From positions 2,784,001 through 2,848,000 of the forward strand of contig OZ242214.1 of assembly GCA_965206595.1 (NCBI GenBank): a stretch of 64,000 nt of DNA, given 5' to 3'. The DNA comes from Candidatus Latescibacterota bacterium (GTDB taxonomy: Bacteria > Latescibacterota > UBA2968 > UBA8231). The notes below the pieces were generated by a model. That model had not been told where the DNA came from, made no database searches, and saw only the letters and a program-made list of their open reading frames with translations. Shown piece after piece: positions 11,532-20,765 of this stretch; positions within the stretch are counted from its first letter, which is position 1, and every line of letters begins with the position of its first letter. A program made the translations under genes and the position numbers.

Positions 11532-11738
11532 GGAGAAAGTGGGGCTGTGGAAGGCACCGGGAGCCGGACCATTGAGGCGACAATCCACCCTGCCTTCCAT
11601 CCACCGATCGGCGATCGGAGCATGCGAATGAGGGCGAACCAGGTGAGAGATTCGGAGCGAGCGAAACACGGAGATCGGGAACGAGGGTGCCGCCACCGAA
11701 TCGGGCGCAGTTCGGGATCCGCTGCCGCGGGCTGACAA

Positions 11739-12371
11739 GTGAGACCCCTGCCCGAAACGCCACTGACGACGACCACGCTGGCCGCGGATCCCACCCTGTT
11801 GATCCGCGAACTGACGACACCGGGCGGCATATCCTTCACGGCCCGTTTGCTGCGCCCGGACGACGCCGCGGCGCTGGGCCGCTATTTCGATGGCCTTACC
11901 GATGCGATCAGGGGGGTGTACGGCCCCCATCCCCTCGACAGCGGCCACGCCCGTCTCCTGTGCAGCGGGATCGACCATGCAAAGTGCCTGCGATTCGTCG
12001 TCGAAATCCGCGGAAAGATCGAAGGGTACTTCATCCTCGCCGCGGGCCTCCGCGGAAACGATGCCAGCCGCTACGCGGGCTACAACCATCCGCTCGAGGC
12101 TGCCGAGTGCTGTACCTTCGCCCCGTCGGTGGCCGACGCCTACCTCTCCCGCGGAATCGGCAGCACCTTGATGCCGCTGATCGTCGAGGCGGCTCACCGT
12201 CTGGGCAGGCGGAAGATCGTGCTCTGGGGCGGCGTGCGCGGAGACAACCCGCGGGCGCGGCATTTCTACCGGAAGTTCGGCTTCGAACAGGTCGGTTCGT
12301 TCTTCGCCGGCGGGGTCGGCAACCTCGACATGGTGCTGAATCTCGACGCATCGTCTCCCGCCCCGGGTTAG
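11739..12371 (+). CDS. GNAT family N-acetyltransferase
   Basis: VADAYLSRGIGSTL motif A; NPRARHFYRKFGF motif B. Confidence 0.9.
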   Translation: MRPLPETPLTTTTLAADPTLLIRELTTPGGISFTARLLRPDDAAALGRYFDGLTDAIRGVYGPHPLDSGHARLLCSGIDHAKCLRFVVEIRGKIEGYFILAAGLRGNDASRYAGYNHPLEAAECCTFAPSVADAYLSRGIGSTLMPLIVEAAHRLGRRKIVLWGGVRGDNPRARHFYRKFGFEQVGSFFAGGVGNLDMVLNLDASSPAPG

Positions 12372-12416
12372 TGCTCCAGTGAAATTGCTGGACCTGTACC
12401 CGACCGCTCATGGTAT

Positions 12417-12705
12417 TCATCCAGCCTTGCGCAGGCTACTCACTCTGGACCCGGGACGGGTCCTGGCAAGGTCATGGATGGACTGGAGATTCAGCCAGAG
12501 CTCGGGGCTCGTTCCGAGTGCCTGCGCGAAAAGCCAGGCAGTCTCAGGCGTCACCCGGCGTTTTCAACGAGCGGATTTCCTTGATGCGCTGAGTGGGAAC
12601 ACCGATATGTCTGGCGAAAGCCACCTGCGTTACTTCCAGCGGATCGAGGAACTCTCTTTGCAGAATCTCGCCGGGATGGGCGGGAATCCTTTTTTCGGGC
12701 AGCAT
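12417..12705 (-). pseudogene. higA: HigA family antitoxin (XRE HTH), frameshifted; not in the ORF track
   Basis: Manual translation: MLPEKRIPAHPGEILQREFLDPLEVTQVAFARHIGVPTQRIKEI / KRRVTPETAWLFAQALGTSPELWLNLQSIHDL...; frame break near 12565. Confidence 0.85.
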
Positions 12706-12727
12706 GGGACATTCTCCGGGATTTCAA

Positions 12728-14155
12728 ATGAACAGGGTTGACGCGGCTTCTTTCGACGAGTTCCTCGCCGGCGGGATCTTCACCTCGCCGGAGATACGGA
12801 CCAATCTCGAGATCCTCTGCGACGACTTCGGCAGCTGTTTCGCCGGCACCCCCGGGGAGGAGGAGGCCGCCCGCTTCCTCGAGGGCAAGCTGCGCGAGTA
12901 CGGTCTCGACGATGTCCGCAGCGAGCCGTTCGAGTACTACGGCTGGAAGCGGGGAACAGCCCGCCTGTCCATTACGTCCCCGCGGCAACGCGACTTGGAA
13001 TGCCTGTCGATGCCGATGGCGGCTCCCGGCCGGGTCCGCGGGCGCGTCGTCGATCTCGGCTACGGGGCCCCCGAGGACTTCGAGGCCCACCGCGGCGAGC
13101 TCGCCGGCAGCATCGCCCTCGTCGCCGGGACCAACCCCCCGGGAGCGGACCGCTGGATCCACCGCACCGAGAAGTACAACCGCTCGCTCCTAGCCGGGGC
13201 CGCGGGGTTCATCTGGACCGGGCACACCGAAGGGGTCGGCCCCTCCACCGGGGCGGTCGGCTTCAACCGCTGGGGCCTGATCCCCGCGGCCATGGTATCC
13301 CTGGAGACCGGGATGCTCCTGCGCCGGCTCATCGGCCGGCACGGGGCCGTCGAGGTCGAAATCGAGAGCGCGGATATCCAGGAACGCATGACTTCCTGGA
13401 ACATCATCGGCGACACCGGCGGCGGGGGAGCCCGCGACGACGGGGAGATGGTCGTCATCGGCAACCACTACGACGGCCACGACATCTCCCAGGGGGCCGA
13501 GGATCCGAAGTCGGGGCTCGTGGCCGCGCTCGACATCGCCCGCGTGCTGCCGCAGTGCGCCGGCCGCCTCGACCGCCGGGTGCGCTTCATCCTCTTCGGG
13601 GTCGAGGAGCTGGGCCTGATCGGGGCGCACGCGTACGTCGACACCCATGCCGCGGACATCGCCAACACCCGCTTCATGTTCAACCTCGATTCCGCGGGCG
13701 GGCGCGGCACCAAGGGACTGATGCTGTACGGCCCCGACACTCTGCCGCACTTCCGCCCCCTGGCCGCGGCCGGGGACGGGCTCCATGTCGAACGGGAAAC
13801 CTCGCCGCTGGCGGAACCGCCCCACCTCTCCGCCGACCACTACCCCTTCGTGGCGCAGGGCGTCCCCTGCGGCTTCATCCGCGACCCGGACCAGGGGGTC
13901 ATCATCACGCGCTACTACCACACCCCCCACGACACGGTCGACAAGCTGCGGCTCGTCGACATCCAGCAGGCCGCCTTCCTGTGCGCGCGCCTGGCCTGGC
14001 GGGTCGCCAACGCCGGAGACTGGCCCGAGGTCAGGCCGGATGCCGCCGCGGTGGCGCGGGCCCAGGCGGAGTACGACGCCAGCCAGGTCAGCAGGCAGGT
14101 CGAGGCCGAGATCGAGAAGCTGCGGCGCCGGCAGCGGGACCCAGGGATGGGATGA
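12728..14155 (+). CDS. M28 family peptidase with PA domain
   Basis: GNHYDGH, GAED, GVEELGLIG, NLD, ADH, YHTPHDT motifs; ATG 12728. Confidence 0.9.
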   Translation: MNRVDAASFDEFLAGGIFTSPEIRTNLEILCDDFGSCFAGTPGEEEAARFLEGKLREYGLDDVRSEPFEYYGWKRGTARLSITSPRQRDLECLSMPMAAPGRVRGRVVDLGYGAPEDFEAHRGELAGSIALVAGTNPPGADRWIHRTEKYNRSLLAGAAGFIWTGHTEGVGPSTGAVGFNRWGLIPAAMVSLETGMLLRRLIGRHGAVEVEIESADIQERMTSWNIIGDTGGGGARDDGEMVVIGNHYDGHDISQGAEDPKSGLVAALDIARVLPQCAGRLDRRVRFILFGVEELGLIGAHAYVDTHAADIANTRFMFNLDSAGGRGTKGLMLYGPDTLPHFRPLAAAGDGLHVERETSPLAEPPHLSADHYPFVAQGVPCGFIRDPDQGVIITRYYHTPHDTVDKLRLVDIQQAAFLCARLAWRVANAGDWPEVRPDAAAVARAQAEYDASQVSRQVEAEIEKLRRRQRDPGMG

Positions 14156-14179
14156 GACACTGCCGGTTCGCGGGAAGAG

Positions 14180-14335
14180 GTCTGCACGTTCAACCTTGGA
14201 CTCCTCCCGCGGACGGGCGCCCAGGGACTTGGTGCTGCACGGTCCAGACACCCTGCAGCACTTCCCCGCCCCGGCCTCGGCCCGGGAGAAGGTCCGTATG
14301 TCGAAGGGGAAACCTCCCCTGCGGACCGGCCCCCG
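14180..14335 (+). repeat. Degenerate copy of an internal segment (about 13672-13825) of the M28 peptidase gene
   Basis: For example cagggacttggtgctgcacggtccagacaccctgcagcacttcc vs caagggactgatgctgtacggccccgacactctgccgcacttcc, and atgtcgaaggggaaacctc vs atgtcgaacgggaaacctc. Confidence 0.75.
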
Positions 14336-14408
14336 GCATCGTCCAGTCCCCTCCGTTTTGTGTGAGCATGGAAAACCAGCTAACTTGCAGGCCGCCGGAG
14401 GGGACCTC

Positions 14409-14863
14409 ATGGACGCCGATTTCTTACGCCGTTTTGCAGTATCGCTTTTCCCGTCATTCTCTCTGGCTGTTTGCTGTCTTCTATTTACCGCATGCATCGA
14501 AGGTCCGATGGGGCCACCCGGCCCGCCGGGTCCTCAGGGCCCGGTGAGCGCGGCGAGAGCGGAATTTCAGCGCTTGTTCTCATAGTGGAAGAACTGGACG
14601 ACGAGGGAGAAAGATGGGATGAAGAATTCAAGAGTTACTGGCTGACAGATATTCGAATACAGCCGACAACCGTAGTTGATGTATATGTCAGAAGCTTCTA
14701 TACGAATACTGGCGATCCTTACTATGTACCATTTAATCAATGGTCTTTAGAAAAAACCAATGGGGCTGTAGTTTACCAAATCGGCGAAGGATTTATACGG
14801 TTTTTTGACACCCAAAATAGGTTGAGAAACCAGGTCGTAGCTATAGCTGTAACCGGTGCATGA
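14409..14863 (+). pseudogene. Collagen-like (Gly-X-Y) lipoprotein, frameshifted near 14543
   Basis: Lipobox FTAC followed by GPMGPPGPPGPQGP; GERGESG continues in another frame (ORF 14471-14863); AT-rich 3' part. Confidence 0.7.
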
Positions 14864-15088
14864 AGCCAAATCGAATTTTGCTCCGTCCAGCTCTTCGCGG
14901 ACTTGACCATACCCTCTTGGCCAAGTCGTTCCACGAGGCAATCTCAAGTCCAAGTCAGACCCATTTCACCCCAAACTTTGTAAGTGAGTTTTTGAGAATG
15001 ATGAACTGCAACTGCCGTGGAAGGACAAGTCAGAGGGTTAGGAAGAGATGAATAGCGAACAGGAGAACAGCCACCATGGGAGACGTAA

Positions 15089-15307
15089 ATGATGAAAGCC
15101 TACCGCGTAGAGAAACAGATCGCCACAAATGGGGAACTAAAGCTTAGCGCCCTTCCTTTCCAAGAAGGAGATAAGGTAGAAGTAATTATATTGTCGCACG
15201 CTACCGGCCCCCATCCCGTGACGCCATCGCCTCTGAGCGGCAAGGTCATTGAATATCGGGGGCCGACCGAGCCAGTAGCTGATGAGGACTGGGAACTGTT
15301 AAAGTGA
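15089..15307 (+). CDS. Antitoxin of a type II TA pair
   Basis: 72 aa; LPFQEGDKVEVII; 4-bp overlap with the PIN toxin gene. Confidence 0.75.
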   Translation: MMKAYRVEKQIATNGELKLSALPFQEGDKVEVIILSHATGPHPVTPSPLSGKVIEYRGPTEPVADEDWELLK

Positions 15308-15693
15308 TTATTCTGGATACTCACCTGTGGATCTGGCTGGCCGATGAAAACGAGCGACTGACCGACTACCACAGGGATATTATTGAGGAAGAGCGGCGGG
15401 TGGGTCTTGGAGTATCGGCAATTTCATGCTGGGAGGTCGCCAAGTTGGTAGAGTACGAAAGACTGAAACTGGCCTGCCCTGTTGAGGAATGGATGGACGC
15501 GGCGCTGGCCTTACCCGGTATTCAACAAATTGAATTGACTCCAAGGATTGCCGTGGCTGCGACCAAGTTACCCGCTGAATTTCACCGCGACCCGGCCGAT
15601 CAAATCATCGTTGCTACCGCCCGTGAGTACGACTGTGAGCTACTCACGGTTGATCAAAAAATACTGCAGTACGCGCACGTAAAGACGCGGTAG
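15304..15693 (+). CDS. vapC: VapC family PIN toxin
   Basis: IILDTHLWIW, SAISCWE, HRDPADQIIVATA, LLTVD motifs. Confidence 0.92.
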   Translation: MIILDTHLWIWLADENERLTDYHRDIIEEERRVGLGVSAISCWEVAKLVEYERLKLACPVEEWMDAALALPGIQQIELTPRIAVAATKLPAEFHRDPADQIIVATAREYDCELLTVDQKILQYAHVKTR

Positions 15694-15875
15694 GTTCACC
15701 CACTTTCCGAGGTAGATTTCCGTATCCGCTGTCCCCTGCCTTAGCGCGATATGCTCGTTCCCATACCTCGAAGCTCGGCGCGTCCCAACAATCAGTCGCT
15801 TTCTACTAAACTAACAGCCGGTTGATAAAGTTGCTCTGCAGGGGAGGCTGGGTCTTGGCGGTCGAGGACATGGCC

Positions 15876-15932
15876 CCTGCCTGTGCCTGTCTGCGTGCGG
15901 CAACGCACAGGCAGGGGTCGCACGCAGGCAGG
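15876..15932. repeat. Nested palindromic REP-like element (CCTGYCTG...CAGGCAGG)
   Basis: Inner cctgtctgcgtgcggcaacgcacaggcagg (15886-15915) sits within outer cctgcctgtg...gcacgcaggcagg. Confidence 0.65.
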
Positions 15933-16061
15933 CGCGCCCGAGTGTAATCGCAGGGGATTCGGGGAGATCATGCCATTGCGGTCGGGTGGTTGCGGTCGAA
16001 GATGAAGCCACTTGGTCCGGCACTGCCGGGGTCGGCTTTCGGGTTCGCTGACGGCAGACTC

Positions 16062-17330
16062 CTAGCCCACCTGCTCCCAGGCCGGCCCGGACTCGGTGGC
16101 CGCCCACCAGCGCTCGAAGGCCTCGGAATCCTCCTCCTCCCAGTGGTCGGCGGCGACGGGGGCGGCGTACGAGGGCACGTTGGAGGGGACATCGAGCCCG
16201 TGCAGGCGCTCGAGGGAGCGCATGGAGTCGGTGCTGCCGGGCTTGTCGGGATCGTGGCGGACGTAGACGACGGTGCCGTCGGCATAGCGCACGCGCACCA
16301 GGAAACGGCCTCTTTCCAGCGGCTGCTGCGAGGCGCACTTCTCCAGTTTGTCGCGGTCGAGGGTGACCCCGAGTCCGGGTCCTTCCGGCGCCTGCACGGT
16401 GCCGCCGACCACCGGCATCTCCCCGGCGGTGACGTCCTCCTTCCACAGGTGGCAGAGGTTGACGTGGTCGATGGTCGCCGCGGGAAAGACCGCGGCCTGA
16501 TGGGCGAGGAAGGCCTGGTTGATGACGCCGCCGGCGTTCTGCAGCATCAGCGGTGTGCGCGTCATCTCGGCCACCGCGGCCAGCCTGGCGGCGCTCCCCA
16601 CCGGGGCGTGGCCGCTCATGAAGCCGTCGCAGATCCTCCTGACCATGAACTCGGCGGGTCCGTGGTGGGTGATGATGGGCAGCTTGCACTTCTCCTTGAG
16701 CAGGCGGTAGCCGTCCTCGTCCCCCGGGTCCATGGGATCCTCGATGCGGCCGGCCACCGGAAAGCGCTCGAGTTCCAGCAGGATCGGGCAGATGGTGTAG
16801 AAGGAGAGGTTGGCGTTGAAGTCGTAGTGCACGCGGAACCCTTCCGGGGCGGCCTCCTGCATCGCCGCGGTCTGGTCGAGGACGTTCTGCACCTGGTCGA
16901 GGTGGAACTTGATCCACCGGTACCCCGCGGCCGCGGCGCGGCTCACCTCCTCGGCCATGTCCGCGGGGGGCCGCGCCACCGTCCAGGCCGCAACCGGCAC
17001 CCAGGACCGCACCCTCGGCCCGATCAGCTTCCAGGCCGGCACCCCCAGCATCTTCCCCATCAGGTCGTAGGTCGCCATGCAGATCGGCAGGTCGACCTGG
17101 GAGTTGATCCAGTCGAACGGATCGGTGCCGACGTAGCGGCGGCGCAGCGCCTCGACGTCGCCGGCAGGGCCCCACTGTTCCCCCAGACCCTCCAGGCCGT
17201 CGTCGGTCCTGACGATGAAGACGGTGCGCCCCTGGACCTGGCGGCCGTGGGTGCGCGCCAGGTAGAGGCCGTTGAAATCCTGGAATTCCGGGTAGATCTC
17301 GAAGGCTTCGATCTCGGTGATCCGGGCCAT
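16062..17330 (-). CDS. Mandelate racemase/muconate lactonizing enzyme (enolase superfamily)
   Basis: RTDDGLEGLGE, YDLMGK..GVPAWKLIG, IKFH, DFN, IEDP, PEGPGLGV motifs; SD AGGAGG. Confidence 0.9.
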   Translation of the reverse strand: MARITEIEAFEIYPEFQDFNGLYLARTHGRQVQGRTVFIVRTDDGLEGLGEQWGPAGDVEALRRRYVGTDPFDWINSQVDLPICMATYDLMGKMLGVPAWKLIGPRVRSWVPVAAWTVARPPADMAEEVSRAAAAGYRWIKFHLDQVQNVLDQTAAMQEAAPEGFRVHYDFNANLSFYTICPILLELERFPVAGRIEDPMDPGDEDGYRLLKEKCKLPIITHHGPAEFMVRRICDGFMSGHAPVGSAARLAAVAEMTRTPLMLQNAGGVINQAFLAHQAAVFPAATIDHVNLCHLWKEDVTAGEMPVVGGTVQAPEGPGLGVTLDRDKLEKCASQQPLERGRFLVRVRYADGTVVYVRHDPDKPGSTDSMRSLERLHGLDVPSNVPSYAAPVAADHWEEEDSEAFERWWAATESGPAWEQVG

Positions 17331-17409
17331 GTTCTCCTCCTGTCGATGGGCGGGGTAACCTACGTTCCCGGGATTTCGCCGTCTACGGGAAGCGGGCACG
17401 CCGAACCTC

Positions 17410-17600
17410 GGCTCGAGGCCGCAAGGGGAACGCCACCCAGAGGTCAGCCAGACTTCTCCACCAAACGGACCCCATTCCCCGTTCGAGGGCGCCACAAGGG
17501 ACGCAATCCTCCCTTCCGGCAGGCTCCTGCCGGCAGGGAACTCTGTAGGCCGTTCGGGGCGCCCGGGGACGCAAATCCCCCTCTTGTGGAGGCTCCCGCA
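17410..17600. repeat. Three degenerate tandem copies with ~70-bp period
   Basis: cgttcgagggcgccacaagggacgcaatcc (17480) vs cgttcggggcgcccggggacgcaaatcc (17551); weaker copy at 17411. Confidence 0.55.
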
Positions 17601-17795
17601 GCGGGCCCCCCATTCGCCTTGACAGGTTCCCGCGGCGCCCTCAACTTGCCGCGGAGGCCGCGAGCTTCAGCGCCAGGGCGGACGGATGGCGGCGCTGGGT
17701 TCATCCGAGCCGCAGAACCGGGGGCCGCCGGGGCGGGAGTCCCGAAGGCATCTCCCCATCTATCTTTTGGCAACGGAACTCGAAAGGAAGAAAGT

Positions 17796-18656
17796 GTGAA
17801 AACGTTCGGATTCGGCGATCACATCTACAGGGCGGTCGAAGGCTGGGGCCGCGGCCCGGAGGGCTGGAGCTTCGGCATCGTGTCGGCCATGGCCGCCGAC
17901 TCCGAGGACAACGTCTACGTCATCGACCGCGAGCCGCATCCCGCCATCGTCGTGCTCGACCGGTCCGGCAAGCTGCTCGACACCTGGGGCCAGGATTTCT
18001 TCAAGGTCCCCCACTCGATATGGATCGGGGACGACCGCGTCTACATAACCGACTGCGCGCTGCACACCGCCACCATCCACACGCTGCAGGGGGAGCTGCT
18101 GCAGACCCTGGGCACCCCCGGTGAGCCCGGAGAGCCGGGCAAGCCCTTCAACGCTCCCACCTGGATGGTCCCGGGCAACCACGGCGACCTCTACGTCACC
18201 GACGGCTACCGGCAGAACTACGTGCACCGATTCTCCGCCGCGGGTGAGCTGCTGTGCAGCTGGGGCGGCGACGGCACCGGGCCCGGGCAGTTCGACATCC
18301 CGCACTGCGTCCGCGTCGACAGGAACGACCGCGTCCTCGTCGTCGACCGCAGCAACGCCCGCGTCCAGATATTCGACGCCGAGGGCAGCTTTCAGGAGGC
18401 CTGGACCCACCTGACGCCGGCCAACGACCTCTTCATCGACGGCGACGACACCGTCTATCTCGCCGAGTCCGAGAAACGGATCAGCATCCTCGACCTCGAA
18501 GGCGGCGTCATCTCCCAGTGGGGGGAGGAAGGGGAGGGGCCGGGCCAGATCGTCGATGCCCCGCACGGCATCTGGGTCGACTCCCGGGGCGACATCTACA
18601 TGTGCGAGGTCCCCTGGACGCCGAACAGGCTTACCAAATACGAACGCGTGAGATAA
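17796..18656 (+). CDS. NHL-repeat protein (peptidylglycine lyase-like beta-propeller)
   Basis: GQFDIPH, LYVTDGY, DRSNARVQIFD, PHGIWVDSRGDIY repeats; GTG start. Confidence 0.88.
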   Translation: MKTFGFGDHIYRAVEGWGRGPEGWSFGIVSAMAADSEDNVYVIDREPHPAIVVLDRSGKLLDTWGQDFFKVPHSIWIGDDRVYITDCALHTATIHTLQGELLQTLGTPGEPGEPGKPFNAPTWMVPGNHGDLYVTDGYRQNYVHRFSAAGELLCSWGGDGTGPGQFDIPHCVRVDRNDRVLVVDRSNARVQIFDAEGSFQEAWTHLTPANDLFIDGDDTVYLAESEKRISILDLEGGVISQWGEEGEGPGQIVDAPHGIWVDSRGDIYMCEVPWTPNRLTKYERVR

Positions 18657-18672
18657 CGGGGAGACGGAATCG

Positions 18673-20649
18673 ATGAAGGGCATGAAATGGCTGGCGGTCT
18701 GGATCGCGGTCGCCTGCACGGCTTCGGCGAGCGGGGCGCTGACCCTGTTCCGCGTGGGGGGCGAGGGTCTGCCCGAGCCGGAGCTGGAAGTCCCCTTCGA
18801 CTTCGTCCAGTTCTCCTGGGAAGAGCCGGACGCCAACCGCTTCGGCGCGGAGATCAGCCTCGACCGCCAACCCGGTTTCATCAAACCGGAGGTGAGCGAC
18901 TCCGAGGTGAACCTGTCCCCCACCATGCTGCAGGGGAACCTCGTTTTCCTGTCAGGCGGGAAATGGGAGATCCCGGAACGGGTGGCGGGGTGGATGGACG
19001 TGCGCTTTTCGGTGCGCATGGCGGACGAGGACCCCGAGTCCTACTACACCGATCACAACAGCATGATCTACATGTTCGACCTGCAGAGGCAGATCCATCT
19101 CCGGCGCGTCCGCTTCTTCACCCGCCCGGACGACGGCAACCTCGTCACCTGCGGCTTCGGCATGGCCGAAACCCTCACGGTCTGCCGTTCCGGGGGCATC
19201 GACCCGGTGCCGCGGTTCCTGATCGCCGCCAGCAACGGCGACCCCGCCAGGGAAGGGACCCGTCCCTACACCCTGCAGTACAGCACCCAGACCCACCCGT
19301 CGCGGCGTTTCGACTTCGAGGTTCTCCACGAAGGTCTCGGAGGCAAGGTCGTCGACCTCGAGTTTCCCTCGGTGCCTACACAGCGCCTGCTTTTCCGGAT
19401 CTTCGCCCAGGAAGGGGTGGACTGGGAGATCGCCGAGTTCGAGATCTACGGCAGCGGATTCGTCCCCTTCTCGGAGTACACCTCCAACATCATCGACCTC
19501 GGGGAAGTGCTCAGTATCGACGACCTGACCTGGTTCGGAAGGCAGGGGGAAGAGCTCGGGAGCCGCGTCGACATCACCATGCGCAGCGGCGACGACGACC
19601 AGCCCAACGTATACTGGCGCAACACCTTTCGCAGCGACGAGCAGGTGCCGCTCTCCTCCTCCGGAACGCCGCTGACGAAGGCCCAGTACCAGCGCCTCGA
19701 ACTCCCGGAGAAAGGGGACATCCGCCACGACAAGGACAACTGGCTGACCTGGAACACCCCTTATGATTTCACCGCCGGAAGCGGCCCCGCCCATGCCGGC
19801 AGGCCGCGGCGGTTCGTGCAGTTCACCGTCGCCTTTCACTCGACGCCGGAGTCGGGCAGCGAGGTCGACTACCTGCAGTTCGCCGCCTCTCCTCCCCTGG
19901 TCTCCGGTGCCCGGGCCGAGATCAACCCCAACACCGCCGCGGCCGGCGAGGTCACGACCTTCACCTGCCGGCTGCGCCCCCAAATCGAGCCGGGGGACAA
20001 CGGCTTCGACCTGATCGCCATCGACACCCCGGCGCAGGTCACCGGGGTGGAGCTCGCCCGTATCGACGGCGTCGAGATCGACCTCGAGGTGACGCGCATG
20101 GACGAAACCGGCTTCGCCGTGAAGGTCCCGCGCGTCGACGCCGAGGGCACCGGCGAGCTGATCGAGCTGACCTTCCAGGCGCGGGTGTTCGAGTACGGAA
20201 CCCCCTTCATCCCGCGGCTATCCGACAGCGAGCTCCCGTTCGAGATCCCCCAGCCGGTGGTCGAGGGGGACGCCGACGAACGCAACGACGGCAACCGCCT
20301 GCGGGTGGCCCTGACCTCGATTCCCGACAGCCCGATACGGAACCTCCGCCTCTCTTCCCGCGTGGTCACACCCAACGGCGACGGCGTCAACGATCTCGTC
20401 GAGATCGAGTACCAGCTGGTGAACCTGACCGGGGAGGTTCCCGCGGCCATAGGGGTCTACGACCTGTCGGGACGGAAGGTGAGTGAGGTCGGGACCGGTG
20501 CCGGCCCGGTCAGCGGGCTGTTCCGGGTGGAATGGGACGGCACCGGGGAAGGCGGCACCCTGCCTCCCGGCCTCTACCTCCTGCAGCTCGAGGTCGAGGC
20601 CGACACCGGGCAGGACCAGGCCGGGCGGCTGGTTTCGGTCGCCTACTGA
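18673..20649 (+). CDS. Secreted protein with C-terminal FlgD/CHU_C-like Ig domain
   Basis: Signal peptide; TPNGDGVND, YDLSGR, WDG, PPGLYLL, terminal VAY. Confidence 0.8.
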   Translation: MKGMKWLAVWIAVACTASASGALTLFRVGGEGLPEPELEVPFDFVQFSWEEPDANRFGAEISLDRQPGFIKPEVSDSEVNLSPTMLQGNLVFLSGGKWEIPERVAGWMDVRFSVRMADEDPESYYTDHNSMIYMFDLQRQIHLRRVRFFTRPDDGNLVTCGFGMAETLTVCRSGGIDPVPRFLIAASNGDPAREGTRPYTLQYSTQTHPSRRFDFEVLHEGLGGKVVDLEFPSVPTQRLLFRIFAQEGVDWEIAEFEIYGSGFVPFSEYTSNIIDLGEVLSIDDLTWFGRQGEELGSRVDITMRSGDDDQPNVYWRNTFRSDEQVPLSSSGTPLTKAQYQRLELPEKGDIRHDKDNWLTWNTPYDFTAGSGPAHAGRPRRFVQFTVAFHSTPESGSEVDYLQFAASPPLVSGARAEINPNTAAAGEVTTFTCRLRPQIEPGDNGFDLIAIDTPAQVTGVELARIDGVEIDLEVTRMDETGFAVKVPRVDAEGTGELIELTFQARVFEYGTPFIPRLSDSELPFEIPQPVVEGDADERNDGNRLRVALTSIPDSPIRNLRLSSRVVTPNGDGVNDLVEIEYQLVNLTGEVPAAIGVYDLSGRKVSEVGTGAGPVSGLFRVEWDGTGEGGTLPPGLYLLQLEVEADTGQDQAGRLVSVAY

Positions 20650-20765
20650 AGCGCCCGGCCTCCGCCGGCTGCGACCGCCCCGGACCAGGCGACGTTCACC
20701 TGCGTTCCCGGGAGGCTTGCCCGCCTTCCGCGGCCCCGGCGGTCAGGCACGGCCCATTCCCGGGT

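Noticed and set aside
13672-14335. DGR template/variable repeat pair
   Set aside because: Differences include indels and non-adenine changes; no reverse transcriptase in the window.
14860-15051. 63-aa ORF with HFTP, a possible methyltransferase remnant
   Set aside because: A single short motif is insufficient.
17410-17600. CRISPR array
   Set aside because: Repeats are not identical, spacers are not unique, and no cas genes are present.
15990-17795. N-terminal ~600 aa of the 888-aa NHL ORF
   Set aside because: Antisense to the enolase-family gene; the real start is probably GTG 17796.
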